NCBI RefSeq assembly: GCF_006345805.1
Contig: NC_043007.1
Span: 73,904,001 to 73,968,000, forward strand
Direction: 5' to 3'
DNA length: 64,000 nt
DNA from: Octopus sinensis
Lineage: Eukaryota
In this document: positions 1 through 11,935 of the stretch, piece by piece
How positions within the stretch are numbered: the stretch's first letter is position 1
Layout of the letters: the number at the start of each line of letters is the position of its first letter
Made by a program: the position numbers and the translations under genes
The notes under the pieces: model-generated
The model's input: only the letters and a program-made list of their open reading frames with translations
What the model was told of the DNA's origin: nothing
Database searches by the model: none

Positions 1-435
1 CTTAAAAAGATATTTATGACATCAAACACAGTGTGTCAATTCCACTTTTAAAAGATCGTGTTTTTCACAAAATATATTTTTCACATTTCGTTTTTGTGTG
101 TTGAAGCATATTCTGTTATGTCTGTGGTGAGGCATTTTCTTTTTGTGCCTTATAATGTAAAAATAAGGAAAAAGTGGAAATTTTACCGGTGAGTGTGTTA
201 CATTATAAGGCACAAAAAGAAAATGACGCTCCCCAGACACAAAAGAATATTTTTCACTGTTAAATTGTAAACTATAAAAAATTAGGTGTGCTTCAGATAT
301 AGGGCATAAATGGCCTTTTGAAATGATGATGCTTTGACATTTGACATTGAATGCCATGAAAATTTGCAGTATCATGCATCCTCCCGCCACATTCTTATGT
401 ATGTCGTTTCATATTTATCAGCTTAGAGTAAAGTG

Positions 436-771
436 CAGCGGTTCTCAACCGCAACTCCCAGGGATATATACGGCCTTCAGGCAAGCATCCTTCCGGCGAG
501 ACCCGACAGAATTCCTGCTATAAATATGACAAATTCTTGTTTAATTGCTTTACTTATTTTGGTGCTGACCACCAAAAATTCCAGACTTTGGACCTGGTCC
601 GGGTATTTAAAAAGTTGTGAACTTAGCAGTTCGGCAAAAGAGACCGTTAGAATAAGTACTAGGCTTACAAAGAATAAGTCCTGGGGTTGATTTGCTCGAC
701 TAAAGGCGGTGCTCCAGCATGGCCACATTCAAATGACTGAAACAAGTAAAAGAGAGAAAAGAGAGTAACTG
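436..771. mobile_element. hAT (Charlie-like) MITE with its right TIR interrupted by a SINE fragment
   Basis: Left end CAGCGGTTCTCAACC at 436; interior similar to the MITE at 55355-55560 (aagcatccttccg). Right TIR appears split (gttgtgaac ~614-622, then aactg 767-771) around a SINE-A 3' fragment. Flanks gtaaagtg / gtttagtg match 6/8 as a possible TSD. Confidence 0.5.
621..766 (+). mobile_element. SINE family A, 3' fragment
   Basis: Matches the 3' half of the full copy at 53190-53697 (ttagcagttcggcaaaagagacc...gaaacaagtaaaagag). Confidence 0.8.
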
Positions 772-902
772 GTTTAGTGATTCAGAATACGAGGAAAACA
801 TGAGGAAAATAGGAGAACTTTTCCAATTTTTCTTGCGTTGTGGGTTACTGAATAAGAGTAATTTTCAGCAATGACGAAGAAGATCATACCAAGAGTTGTA
901 AA

Positions 903-1315
903 TACTCTTTACTCTTTACTCTTTTACTCTTTTACTTGTTTCAGTCATTTGACTGCGGCCATGCTGGAGCACCACCTTTAGTTGAGCAAATCGACCCCGG
1001 GACTTATTCTTTGTAAGCCCAGTACTTATTCTATCAGTCTCTTTTGCCGAACCGCTAAGTGACGGGGACGTAAACACACCAGCATCTGTTGTCAAGCAAT
1101 GCTAGGGAGACAAACACAGACACACAAACACACACATACATATACATATATACGACAGGCTTCTTTCAGTTTCCGTCTACCAAATCCACTCACAAGGCTT
1201 TGGTCGGCCCGAGGCTATAGTAGAAGACACTTGCCCAAGGTGCCACGCAGTGGGACTGAATCCGGAACCATGTGGTTGTTAAGCAAGTTACTTACCACAC
1301 AGCCACTCCTGCGCT
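903..1315 (-). mobile_element. SINE family A, full length (tRNA-derived head, internal microsatellite, GTAAAAGA-repeat tail)
   Basis: Minus strand reads gcgcaggagtggctgtgtggtaag (A-box-like) ... ccggattcagtccc (B-box-like), a ccttgggcaagtgtctt core, short internal CA/TA repeats and a tandem 8-mer tail. More than 10 related copies in the window. Confidence 0.85.
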
Positions 1316-1397
1316 ATAAATGTTTTGTTAACAGGTAAATCAATTTGTGGAGTTAAAATATTTTAATGAAAATAATATGTTGATGTTTAACCTGAGA

Positions 1398-1745
1398 CAT
1401 CTTTAATCTTTTATTTGTTTTAGTCATCAGACTGCAGCCATGCCTTGAAGAATCGATCCCAGTACTTATTATTTTCTAAGCCTGCTACTTATTCTATCGT
1501 TTTTTTTTTTTTTTGTTGGATCGCATATTTATGGGGGATACAAATACACCAACGCCGGTTGTCAAGCGGTAAATGGAGGGATAAACACAGACACAAAGAC
1601 ATACACACATATATATATATACATCTACCAAATCCACTCACAAGTTTTTGGTCAGCTTGAGGCTATAGTAGTAGACATCTGTCCAAGGTACCGCGCTGTG
1701 GGACTGAACCCGGAACTGTGCGGTTGGGAAACAAACTTCTTATCA
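1398..1745 (-). mobile_element. SINE family A, diverged copy
   Basis: Similar to 903-1315 with an internal deletion. Confidence 0.75.
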
Positions 1746-1747
1746 TA

Positions 1748-1757
1748 CACACATACA

Positions 1758-1790
<33 letters not shown>

Positions 1791-1868
1791 ACACACAACA
1801 CACACACACACCACACACACACACACACCACACACACACACACACAACACACACACACACACACACTC
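1748..1868. repeat. (CA)n microsatellite
   Basis: Direct sequence. Confidence 0.95.
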
Positions 1869-1916
1869 ATAAATGCAACGCACCCTGGCATTTATTTACA
1901 GTAAGTTATATATCTA

Positions 1917-3110
1917 CAGCGGTTGGATAAAATAATGGAAACACCTTAAGATTTCAAGCAAATTTATTTTAATATTGGGTAGGATCACCTTTGGCAGTAA
2001 TTACAGCTTGAATTCTATGAGGTATGGACTCGTACAAAGTTTGAATTGTTTCCAAAGGAATTTTTGTCCATTCTTCAGCTAAAACAGTCTCCAGTTCTTG
2101 TAGTGATGACGATGGATGATATCAACTCCTTACTTGTTTTTCTAAAATGCATCATAAATGTTCAATAATATTGAGACCTGAGGACTGTGGTGGCCAGATG
2201 AGATGCTCAACTTCACTAGAATGTTCCTCGTGCCATTCAGTAACAACTTTAGCTGTGTGAATTGGTGTATTATCATCCCGAAAGATTGCGTTTCTCTCCG
2301 GAAACAGTTCCACAACCATAGGATGAATTTGATCTGATAAAATGCTTAAATTGGGCCGGCGGATTTCCAAGATATAGCACCCCATGTTTAACAGTTGGAA
2401 GAAGGCAGTCTGGGTCAAATGCTTCTTTTTGGCTGTCTCCATACGTATACTCAGCCAGTGGTCGGAAACAAGGTAAAGGATGACTCGTCCGAGAAAATAA
2501 CATTCTTCCACTGCTCTAGGGACCAATTCTGTAGGCTTTTATTCCACTCTAAATGCTTTGCAACGTTTGTTTTTGTAAGTAGTGGTTTTCTGATTGCAGC
2601 CCTCCCGTGAAATCTGGTTTTGTACAGCTCCCGGCGAACAGTTTTTGTTGAAACTGGGTTCTTGAGGTAGTCATTAAGCTCTGCAATAATTTCTAACAAT
2701 TCGCGTAAGAGTCCGACGGTCCCTATCTGAAAGTTTTGGTTTTCTTCCGGAGTTTTGCTTCGATGAGGAGGTATTTCCCTCTTTCTGAAAGGCTTTCATT
2801 ACTTTTGAGACAGTACTTCTTGATACACCAAACATTTCAGCTGTTTTTGTTACGCTAACGCCTGCCATACGAGCACCAACAATTTTCCCCCTTTGAAAGT
2901 CCGATAGATCTGTCATTTTAATGAATTTTAATTTCCTCTTTCTGATGATATCTGAAAAAAAAACCCCAGCAATTTTAGCAAAACATATTAAGCAATACTA
3001 ATAATAAATCAAAAAGCATAAAAATAATAAAAATAAACAAGCTTTAGACGGTTTTATAGATATTTCAAAATTATGATGGTAGGTGTTTCCATTATTGTGT
3101 CCAACCCCTG
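1917..3110 (-). mobile_element. Tc1-family DNA transposon
   Basis: TIRs cagcggttggataaaataatggaaacacc / ggtgtttccattattgtgtccaacccctg, each flanked by TA; internal transposase. Confidence 0.92.
1969..2916 (-). pseudogene. Tc1 DDE transposase, frameshifted
   Basis: HTH region (LSDFQRGKIVG...SGRKPKLSDRD), WKNVIFSDESSF, FRDDNTPIH and WPPQSSGLNIIEHL split over several ORFs. Confidence 0.9.
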
Positions 3111-3120
3111 TATAAATATA

Positions 3121-3288
3121 TATGACAGGCTTCTTTCAGTCTCAGTGAATCAAGTCCACTCACAAGGCTTTTGTTGGCCCAAGGTTATAGTAAAAGACAC
3201 TTGTCCAAGTTACCAAGCAGTGGGACTGAACCTGTAACCGTGTGGTTGGGAAGCAAGCTTCTTACCACCCAGTCACTACTGCACTTAA
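3121..3288 (-). mobile_element. SINE family A, 5' half
   Basis: Head half only; breaks at the internal (TA)n position. Confidence 0.75.
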
Positions 3289-4411
3289 ATTTAAAAATGA
3301 AATTTAAATGAACATTACTGGATATTTCGAAACAGTAAAACTAATCGTAAATAATCTCCGTTATATTTTTATCTAAAGGTCAACCAATAATCAGTTTATT
3401 ATCGTTTTAATAAATTCAGTCCATATAAATATATGTAGTCTTAGAGTATAAGAAATTTCAACTGAAAGTTCAAAAGACGAAGCATTGGATCAGGATAAGA
3501 ATATTTCAATTTCCATTATTGCAAGAGCCACGTCACAACTCTGGTACAACCTAAGTCTCGTGTTCTCTCAGACAAAAAATAGTCACTGAATTATGTATAA
3601 GGCCGAATAAATAATGCTATAAAATTCTCTCATTTTCTTTTACTTACTCCTTTCTCTCCCCTCTATTTTCTATCCTTTTCCCTCCACACCTCTTTAAGTG
3701 TTTTTCCCCCTACATCTCTTCCGCTGAAATATAACACTTGTTCTTTCCTTTCTCTCGTTGTTTCTTTTTTTTATTTTTAGTTCATTTATGCAATGCCTTT
3801 TATTTCAAGTTTTGGTGCACACACTAACTACATTGAACTGTGCAACAACGATGATGTGTCTTATATATCTTACATAACGTGCATTATTATATACAAGGGA
3901 GTTACTATAACTCTAACATTATATTACTCTAGTATATTATATTACTCCCGGGACTTACAATAGCAATGGCGATTTTTCACATACTAAAAGGAAATTAATA
4001 TTGGGTTAATTATTATTTCTCTGCTTCAGACTGACAAACTAATCTTCATTAAACCGTGTCATTGTCTGGCGAAATTGAGGAACGGATTAAACTGTATTGA
4101 TAATTCTTGCTAGATTTCCTGTTTATGTTCTATATAGTTCATTAAGCCTTTCATACAGAAATCATTCCAAACTGGTTTTGATTATCAACGGATAATTGTT
4201 TTAGAGAGGCACTTACGTTGCCTCATGACTTTGAGTGTGGTCACGTGATAATATCAACTTCTAAATCAGGCCGTGTGGTTAAGAAGCTCGCTTTGCAACT
4301 ACATGGCTTCAAGTTCAATCTCATTGCGTGGTACTTTGGGGAAGTACCCTGGATTGGTCAATACCCAAAGAATAGATTTGAAAAACAGAAACCATGGAAA
4401 CCCGTCGTATC

Positions 4412-4875
<464 letters not shown>

Positions 4876-4959
4876 CATAGAGGGGTATGTAAGCGTCTCT
4901 GTATTTGTGTATGTCTTCACTACCACTTGACAACGAGTGTTGTTTTGTTTACCGGTTTC

Positions 4960-5870
4960 GGTAAAGAGGGTGATATATTAAGTACCAAAAAAAGTAAAGC
5001 GTACGGAGAAAAATAAACGAAAGAAGTTATCTAATAGTATCATTTTGACAGCTGTTTCGAGTGCCCCATGGCTTATGCTGTAACCATGTTCCTGTATAAT
5101 AAAGACTCATAATGTATATAATAAAAAAAGTTCCTGTGGGTCTGCCAGGTTACCCTTGTCAGAAGATGACAAATGTATATTTCGTAGCAGTGTTTATAAA
5201 TATAAAGGTTTGCAGAGAATAGGATGGGCTAGTAAGGAAATAATTAGAGAAAAGAAAGGGAACAGAGACAGAGTGGGGTGGTTAAACAGGAATTAGTGTA
5301 ATGAAGATATCAGTTGAGGAATACCAGAGACAGAAGGGAGATAAAGTTTAATGTAATAACGCCAAAGAAGGCATCAACAGTAAGAGCCGGTAGGAAGATA
5401 AGAGGATTATAAAAGAAAACAGATGCAAGTCAATAGAATGGTAAGGGAGGCACGGCGCATTGGTAAGAGAGGGGGGAGTCTGTAAAAGGGAAGCTAGTTA
5501 TACGCTAAAAATTATGATTTAAGGCAATGAAAGAAAGTTTTGTAGTGTTTATGTTAGCACGCGAAAATTACGTGAGAGAAGCGATTTAGTCGAGAGTATT
5601 CGATGTGGTGTAGTATAATGGGTCACTTATGGTAACGCAGCTGGCGGGTTCACCTGATCTCTGTGAAGGAGATTATATCACAAACTGTAAACTAGGACAA
5701 GTTATAGGCTAAGTCCTGAGCCTTGAGGTGCTTATGTCGGTGGCGATGGTGGGGGTGGATTATTTCGTGTTGCACCTCGAAAAAGAGCTCAGGTGTGCAA
5801 ATTAACGTCATTTAAAATAAATGGTACCACCATTGTAGACTATGGACATGTGAGTCCGTGGGTGTGGTGA
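4960..5870 (-). mobile_element. Highly decayed Penelope-like element remnant
   Basis: Minus-strand translation with stops (VTHYTTPHRILSTKSLLSRNFRVL) weakly resembles the PLE RT-endonuclease linker; a decayed hammerhead motif lies near its 3' end. Confidence 0.35.
5041..5168 (-). ncRNA. Decayed type I minimal hammerhead ribozyme motif
   Basis: catctt-CTGACAA-...-GAA-ACAGCTGT(palindrome)-C-aaaatg: GUC cleavage triplet, stem I 5/6 pairs, G8 mutated, stem II degenerate. Confidence 0.4.
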
Positions 5871-5895
5871 CAATATATTTATGCGCACACAATAT

Positions 5896-6129
5896 ATTTC
5901 TTTACTAGCCACAAGGGGCTGAACACAGAGGGGACAAACAAGGACAGACAAACGGATTAAGTCGATAATATCGACGCCAGTGCGTAACTGGTACTTGTTT
6001 AATCGACCCCGAAAGGATGAAAGGCAAAGTTGACCTCGGCGGAATTTGAACTCGGTACGTAAAGACAGTGGAAGAAGTAATACCGCTAAGCATTGTGTCC
6101 AACGCGCTAACGATTCCGCCTGCTCGCCC
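5896..6129 (-). mobile_element. SINE family B
   Basis: Minus strand has a B-box-like gagttcaaattcc, central gactttgcctttcatcctttcggggtcg...agtaccag, and tail ccccttgtggctagtaaagaaat. About 10 copies in the window. Confidence 0.85.
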
Positions 6130-6517
6130 CAGTCATTAGGTATGCAATTAGTTAGATACTTTCATTGTTAACAAGGCCAGCTGTTGGAGTGATTGTAATG
6201 TAACAGCTGTTCTAATCAATTCCATTTAGTATGATCGATTACAAGAGTGGTTTAAATAAACAAAGTTGAAAGACAGCTAAAGGAATCACATGTCTCTTAA
6301 TTGTTTGTCTTCTCAGTGATTTAATTCCGTGAATACAGAACAAAACAATTGAGGCGTGTAAGCAAGAGTATGCGTAGGAAAGAGTTCTAAACAAAAGCAA
6401 CACATTGACAGGTTCAATAAACATTTTGTGAACACAAAAGTTACGTTTAACCCCCCTGAGAAATCGTAATTGTATGATAATATCACTGGTAAAACAGAAA
6501 AAGAAATAATAATAATG

Positions 6518-6549
<32 letters not shown>

Positions 6550-6550
6550 C

Positions 6551-6583
<33 letters not shown>

Positions 6584-6586
<3 letters not shown>

Positions 6587-7140
6587 GCCCTGATGCAGTA
6601 CCAGGCAGTGGCTCTCATGGCTTCTGATCTTAACTGATTGGAAGTGTTATCATGTACATTGTTTTGTCTTGGTATAAAAGATGGGCTACAGCAAATATTC
6701 TGCTCAATACCACAGATTTGCTTGTCAGTTGTTTGACCTTAACCAGTTGAGCATGTCCCTTAGTGGCTGACGATATGTGCATCTCTGATCACGAGCAGAA
6801 GTAGTGGGGGAGCATCATAGCCATGTGTTGAGAGGGATTCTTTGGGGTTTGAATAGTTCGCCTCTGGAAACATGGGTGGTTCTTTCAACATCCTTAAACA
6901 ACCCTTATTCAGAGACCGTTTGAGCGGGATGGGCTACTCAACCTGAAGAAAATTCTAACTGGGCCCCACCTGCAAGGTCATGTGCTGTTTATCTTGATAT
7001 GAGATCACCATGTCGCGCACATATGGTTGTGATGCATGTGCCTTGTGTACCTTTATCAGACGGGTAGTCATGATGGGTATATTGGGCTTCGTATATTTTA
7101 CCCCAGTGTCACTTTGATGGCATGAACTGCTCTCTCACTC
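6584..7140 (+). mobile_element. ~560-bp non-coding retroposon inserted in (AAT)n, full-length copy
   Basis: Five copies in the window, all flanked by (AAT)n; shared 3' end ...ctctctcactc and variable 5' truncation. Confidence 0.8.
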
Positions 7141-7171
<31 letters not shown>

Positions 7172-7180
7172 GTAGTAGTA

Positions 7181-7720
7181 ATTTCTTTTATTGATCACAA
7201 GGGCCCAAAACATGGAGGACAATATCAAAGCACATAAAAACAAAAGAGAAACAAAAAATAAAGAAACAGGTAGGGTTTACATCGATCAAAGGGAGATACT
7301 GCCACATTAAAGGATATAACAGAAGATATATAATAAAAATTAGAGAAATAAATAAGTAAATAAATAAATAAATAAATAAATAAATAGAATCCCCAATAGT
7401 GGGGGCAGTCCACTTAGGGTAATTCGGGATAAAGCTCAAGTAAGGCGGTGAGCTGGCAGAAACGTTAGCACGCCGGGTTTCGTCTGTCGTTACGTTCTGA
7501 GTTCAAATTCCGCCGAAGTCGACTTTGCCTTTGATCCTTTCGGGGTCGATTAAATAAGTACCAGTTATGCACTGGGGTCGATCTAATCGACTTAATCCGT
7601 TTGTCTGTCCTTGTTTGTCCCTTCTGTGTTTGGCCCCTTGTGGGTAGTAAAGAAATAGGTAATTCGGGATAAACCCCACACAAAAATCCCAGATTAGACT
7701 GCCATATCCAAGGCATGAGA
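7181..7720 (-). mobile_element. Tx1/L1-like LINE 3'-UTR fragment interrupted by SINE-B
   Basis: Ends (minus) gggcccttgtgatcaataaaagaaat; shares blocks with 61475-62200 (ttgtgtggggtt...ttggggattctatttatt; gat(c/a)gatgtaa(a)ccctacc). Confidence 0.55.
7442..7657 (+). mobile_element. SINE family B with candidate 16-bp TSD
   Basis: ggtaattcgggataaa occurs at 7418-7433 and 7658-7673, with 8 extra nt before the SINE head. Confidence 0.85.
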
Positions 7721-7723
7721 AAA

Positions 7724-9237
7724 GGTGACCGTACAATTTCCAGTAAACCAATTCGCCGTAGGATTATTCGCTGTAAGACAATTCGTCGTTCGGATATTTC
7801 GCTGTAAGGACATTTTCTGTAAAGCTTAGAAACATGAAATTGCGTCGTTAATTAAATAATGTAGATAAAGGAATAGTATTTACAGCAGTCCTTTTCGGTA
7901 ATTGCTGAAATGATAATTTAATAACAGAAAGGTCGTTTAAATTTGAAGCTGCATCGTTAATTGCTGAAATGAGAATTTGAAAGCAGAAAGGTCGTTTAAC
8001 GTTTGTTTAAAAATAACAAGCTTATTTTGAAAATTCAAAAGCGAAATATTTGTTTTGAGAGGTTATCTCGACCGTTTACATTACTTACATTATTTTTTTC
8101 TTTAAAAGTTGAAACTTAAACCCTTACGATGCTGTACACTATTAAAAGCAGCAGAGGTTGTGATAAGCTCATAGACGACTCTAGTTTTATTTATAGGCAA
8201 GAAAGAAAATATGGAGGTAATGTCTATTGGAATTGTGTTGAAGAGTTCATACAAAACTGAATAGTGAAGTAATTTCTATTTGTAAAACTGTAAGTGAGCG
8301 TACACATCCATCGAATTGTAGCCAACTAAAATGTGTAGCGTAGCTAGGTGATATCCCCACTGTTTGAGAGATAGATAGTGTGGTGTTGGCAGTCGGTGTT
8401 ATGGGAGCTTGTGGTGTCGGTGGAGAGGACGACAGATGAGGTGGGCGGAAGTAGGGCTTGCAGGGGCCGGTGGAAGACTGGAGGGCGCATGTACGAGGGA
8501 AGCGGAAGCGGTCAAGCGGGACGCACGTGTGGCGATCGAGGAAGCGGGTAGTTCGAGCATAGACGAGGAAGCGACAGGACATGTCGAATTTGTAAGAGAC
8601 CTCTGATCTTCGCCGAGGTAAGACCTGTTTCTATTTCTTTCTCCTTCTCCTTCTGTTGTCCTCATCATCCATCACACTACAGATAGCAACCATCTTCGGT
8701 TATTTTGACCCTAGTGTGTAAGCCAACCAGAGCAGTGGACACAACAGGGTCAAAATAGCCGAAGATGGTTGCTATCTGACACTAGATCATTTCTAATATA
8801 TCTCTCAAACAGTAGGGATATCACCTAGCTACGCTACAAATGCAAGAAGCAGTAGCAAATATGAAAGAAAACGCACATAAATCGCAGTTAGCTTCAAGAT
8901 CTTTGATTGGTGCCGCATGTGGGGAATTAGAGGATGATGCTTGCTCTCTTATGCCATCAACTTCAAGTTTATCAAGAAACATTAGAAGATGGAGACCAAA
9001 GGAAGAAAAGATCCCTCTTATACCTAGATCAAGAATCGGCTATGTAATTCCCGAAGAATGTACGTGTTTACAGAACAGAGAAAGATTTTTACTCTACGAC
9101 GGAAGCAGAATGTTGGCTTTTGATACGACTGCAGGATTGCATGATCTAGAAATATATAAGCATTGGGCATGCGATGGAACATTTAAGGTTTGTCCTGAAA
9201 TTTATTATCAGTTATATACTCTACATGTCAACATAGA
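7724..9237 (+). mobile_element. Mutator-like (MULE) element remnant, rearranged
   Basis: Subterminal (a/t)ttcgc(c/t)gta repeats at 7750-7810; transposase fragment at 8830-9237 (ERFLLYD...HWACDGTFKVCPEIYYQLYTLH). Confidence 0.65.
8840..9237 (+). pseudogene. MULE transposase fragment
   Basis: W.CDGTFKVCP..YYQLYTLH motif contains the first catalytic D of MULE transposases; joined in frame to a LINE fragment downstream. Confidence 0.75.
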
Positions 9238-9483
9238 CCAGAAAATACGTAAACTAATGACAAGGAACAAGGAACTACACCCGAAGAGTGATGTATCAAG
9301 ATTGTATGTAAAGAGGAGGGAAGGAGGACGGGGATCAGTGTGTTATGAAAGTTGTGTAAGGGAAGAGGAAAATAGCCTGGCTTGGTATGTCAAGGAGAGT
9401 AAAGAAGAAATGATTGAAACAGTGAATATGCAGGGACCTTAAAAGTAAACAAAGCCGTAGATATAATACAATTTAAGAAAGAC

Positions 9484-9565
<82 letters not shown>

Positions 9566-10150
9566 GAAGAAATGTGGTCAGATATGTCCACTGGCTGTTG
9601 TGCGGTAAAGCAAACCTCGAGAGAACTAAACAATGGTATGAACACAAGCCAGAGGGAATAATGGAAAATGAATAGTACAAAATACTCTGGGATTTTAACA
9701 TGCAGTGCGACCGAGTCATAGAGGCGAGACGACCAGATATCGTGATCATCCATAAAGATGAAAAAGAAGTAAAGTTAATAAATGTTGCAATACCAGGTGA
9801 TTCGAGAGTAAAATGTAAGGAAACAGAAAAGATTGAAAAATACCCGCCACTGCAGGACGAGATGGGAAAGTTATGGGGCATGAGGAAAGTAATGGTGATA
9901 CCGGTAGTAATTGGAGCATTAGGAGCAGTTTTCAAGGGCTTTGAAAAAACATATTAAGAATATTGAAGCTGTCGTCAGGCTCGAGATGATCCAGAAGACG
10001 GCATTATTGGGTACAATTCGCATTCTAAAGAGAGTATTATCTCTCTGAGTCACAGGAGAAGTCATTATTTGAAACCTTTGGTAATTTGTTGTTGTCTGCT
10101 TTCAAGTAAAGAATAATCGGTAATTAAGAAGTGAGAGGCTTTCATAATAC
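9238..10150 (+). mobile_element. R4/Dong-like RLE LINE, 3' fragment
   Basis: RKLMT..KELHPKSDVSRLYVKRREGGRG (RT C-terminus) and RRPDIVIIHK...VAIPGD...EKIEKY...VIPVVIGALG (restriction-like endonuclease); ends near aat repeats. Confidence 0.85.
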
Positions 10151-10164
10151 AAATAATAATAATA

Positions 10165-11930
10165 CGATACGACACCACAATCCTGGATAATAAGAACAGT
10201 GGAAATGTATGGAGTAGCAGAGAATATGAAATGCTGGAGAACGGAATTAACAGCAGGGAAGCAAGTACTAGAGGAGGTGAAAATCAAGAGAGGAATCTCA
10301 CTGATATTCGTACTGGGAATGATCCCCTTGAGTGAAATACTACAGAAAATAAAGTTGGGGTATGGTCTGGGAATATGTAAGAGAAAACTAAACCACTAGC
10401 TATTCATGGACGACCTGAAGCCATTCATAAAAACTGGGGCAGAACTGGACAGCTTAGTCCAGTCTGTGCGGATTTCCTTCAATGATATTACGATGGAGTT
10501 TGGACTTTCAAAGTGTGCTACGATGGTGATGAGACGAGGAAGCCTTGCCAGAGCAGAAGGCATATGGCCGCCAAGTGGTTAGATGATGAAGTTAATTCAA
10601 CCTCAATCCAGTTATAAACACATGGGATTATTTGAGGCAGATGGAATCAAACGCCATGACATGAAGGAAAAGACAAAAGGAGTACCTGCGTCAAGTGAGA
10701 AAAATATTGGCTTCAAATCTGAATGCCAGAATCATACTTTCGGCAATTAGCTTGCGCGCAGTGGCAGTAATTCGGTAGGGTGCTGAAATCCTAAATTGGA
10801 CAGAGGAGGGTCTAAAGGAGATGCACAGGAATTGAAGAAAGCTCGTAACGATGCATGGAACCCATCATCCACGTGCAGACACTGATCGCCTATATATGAA
10901 GAGGGCAAATGGAAGAAAGCGTGGAAGACTGTGTGCGTATCAAACTCGAGAGCTTAATGGGATACCTAGCCCAAAGCAAGGAAACCTTGCTAGTGTCAGT
11001 TAGGAACGAAGGAGTACTGAAATCAGAGAAAAAAAACGGAAAACGAAGTAGGAAGTACAAAAAGGACACGAAGAAGAATTACGCAACAAGGGACTACACA
11101 ATCAATTCCATTTAGTTACTGGAAAAAATAGGTGGGATTGGCTGATGAAAGGAACACTAAAAAAACAGACCGGGAGCACTATACTGACAGCGCAGGACCG
11201 AGCTTTGGCTACGAACTGGAGGGTCAACCGTAGGAATGAGCATGTGTCTCCGCTGTGCCACATCTGCAATAGAATGGATGAAACCATTGCCCATATCACG
11301 GATGAATACCCTAGACTTGCCCAAAACCACAAGTTGTGGAGACACGACCAGGTAGCGAAAGTGCTACATTGGAAACAGTGCGAAAAGTGGGGACTAAAGA
11401 GAGATAACACGTGGTTTGAGAACAAACCGCAGAGAGTGGCGGAGTAGGACACTAACAAAATCCTCTGGGATTTCCCGATACAAATAGGTCAGGTGGTAGA
11501 GCATAACAGACCGGAAATAGTGGTGGTAGACAAGGTGCATCACATATGCTATATAGTTGATGTTGCATGCTCCTTTAACCAACGAATAGTCAAGAAAAAA
11601 GACGAAAAGATAGATACAACTCACTTAAGTACGGAATAGCCCGGCTGTGGGAAATGAAGAAGGTGAAGATAGTGCCAATTATTGTTGAGTCTTTAGGAAC
11701 AGTATCAGAAGGCATCAGAGGAATATAAAGGAAATTGGAATAGAGTGCTCAGTAGAACTGTTACGGAAGGTTTGCCTCCTTGGCACGGCCAGAATAATCA
11801 GGAAAGTATTAGATAGTTGAAAAGAACAAATGGCTTGGTACTGTAAACTGCAGGTAGTAAGCTTGCTACGCATGCAAAAGTCCAGAAGCAGCAACAAAAC
11901 CTGTGATAAAGAGAAAATAGTAATAATAAT
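10165..11930 (+). mobile_element. R4/Dong-like RLE LINE, 5'-truncated and decayed
   Basis: RT motifs (EVKIKRGI, LFMDDLK, MEFGLSKC), zinc knuckle (CHICNRMDETIAHI...RHDQVAKVLHW), RLE region; ends in taataataat. Confidence 0.88.
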
Positions 11931-11935
11931 AATGA

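Noticed and set aside
6584-6700. Pol III promoter, snRNA-derived head or HDV-like ribozyme at the 5' end of the 560-bp element
   Set aside because: Only a weak A-box-like tggctctcatgg, no B-box, and no convincing U2/5S match or HDV pseudoknot by eye.
8840-9442. A novel MULE-RT fusion gene
   Set aside because: Both parts are small fragments lacking most catalytic residues; an accidental in-frame junction is the simpler explanation.
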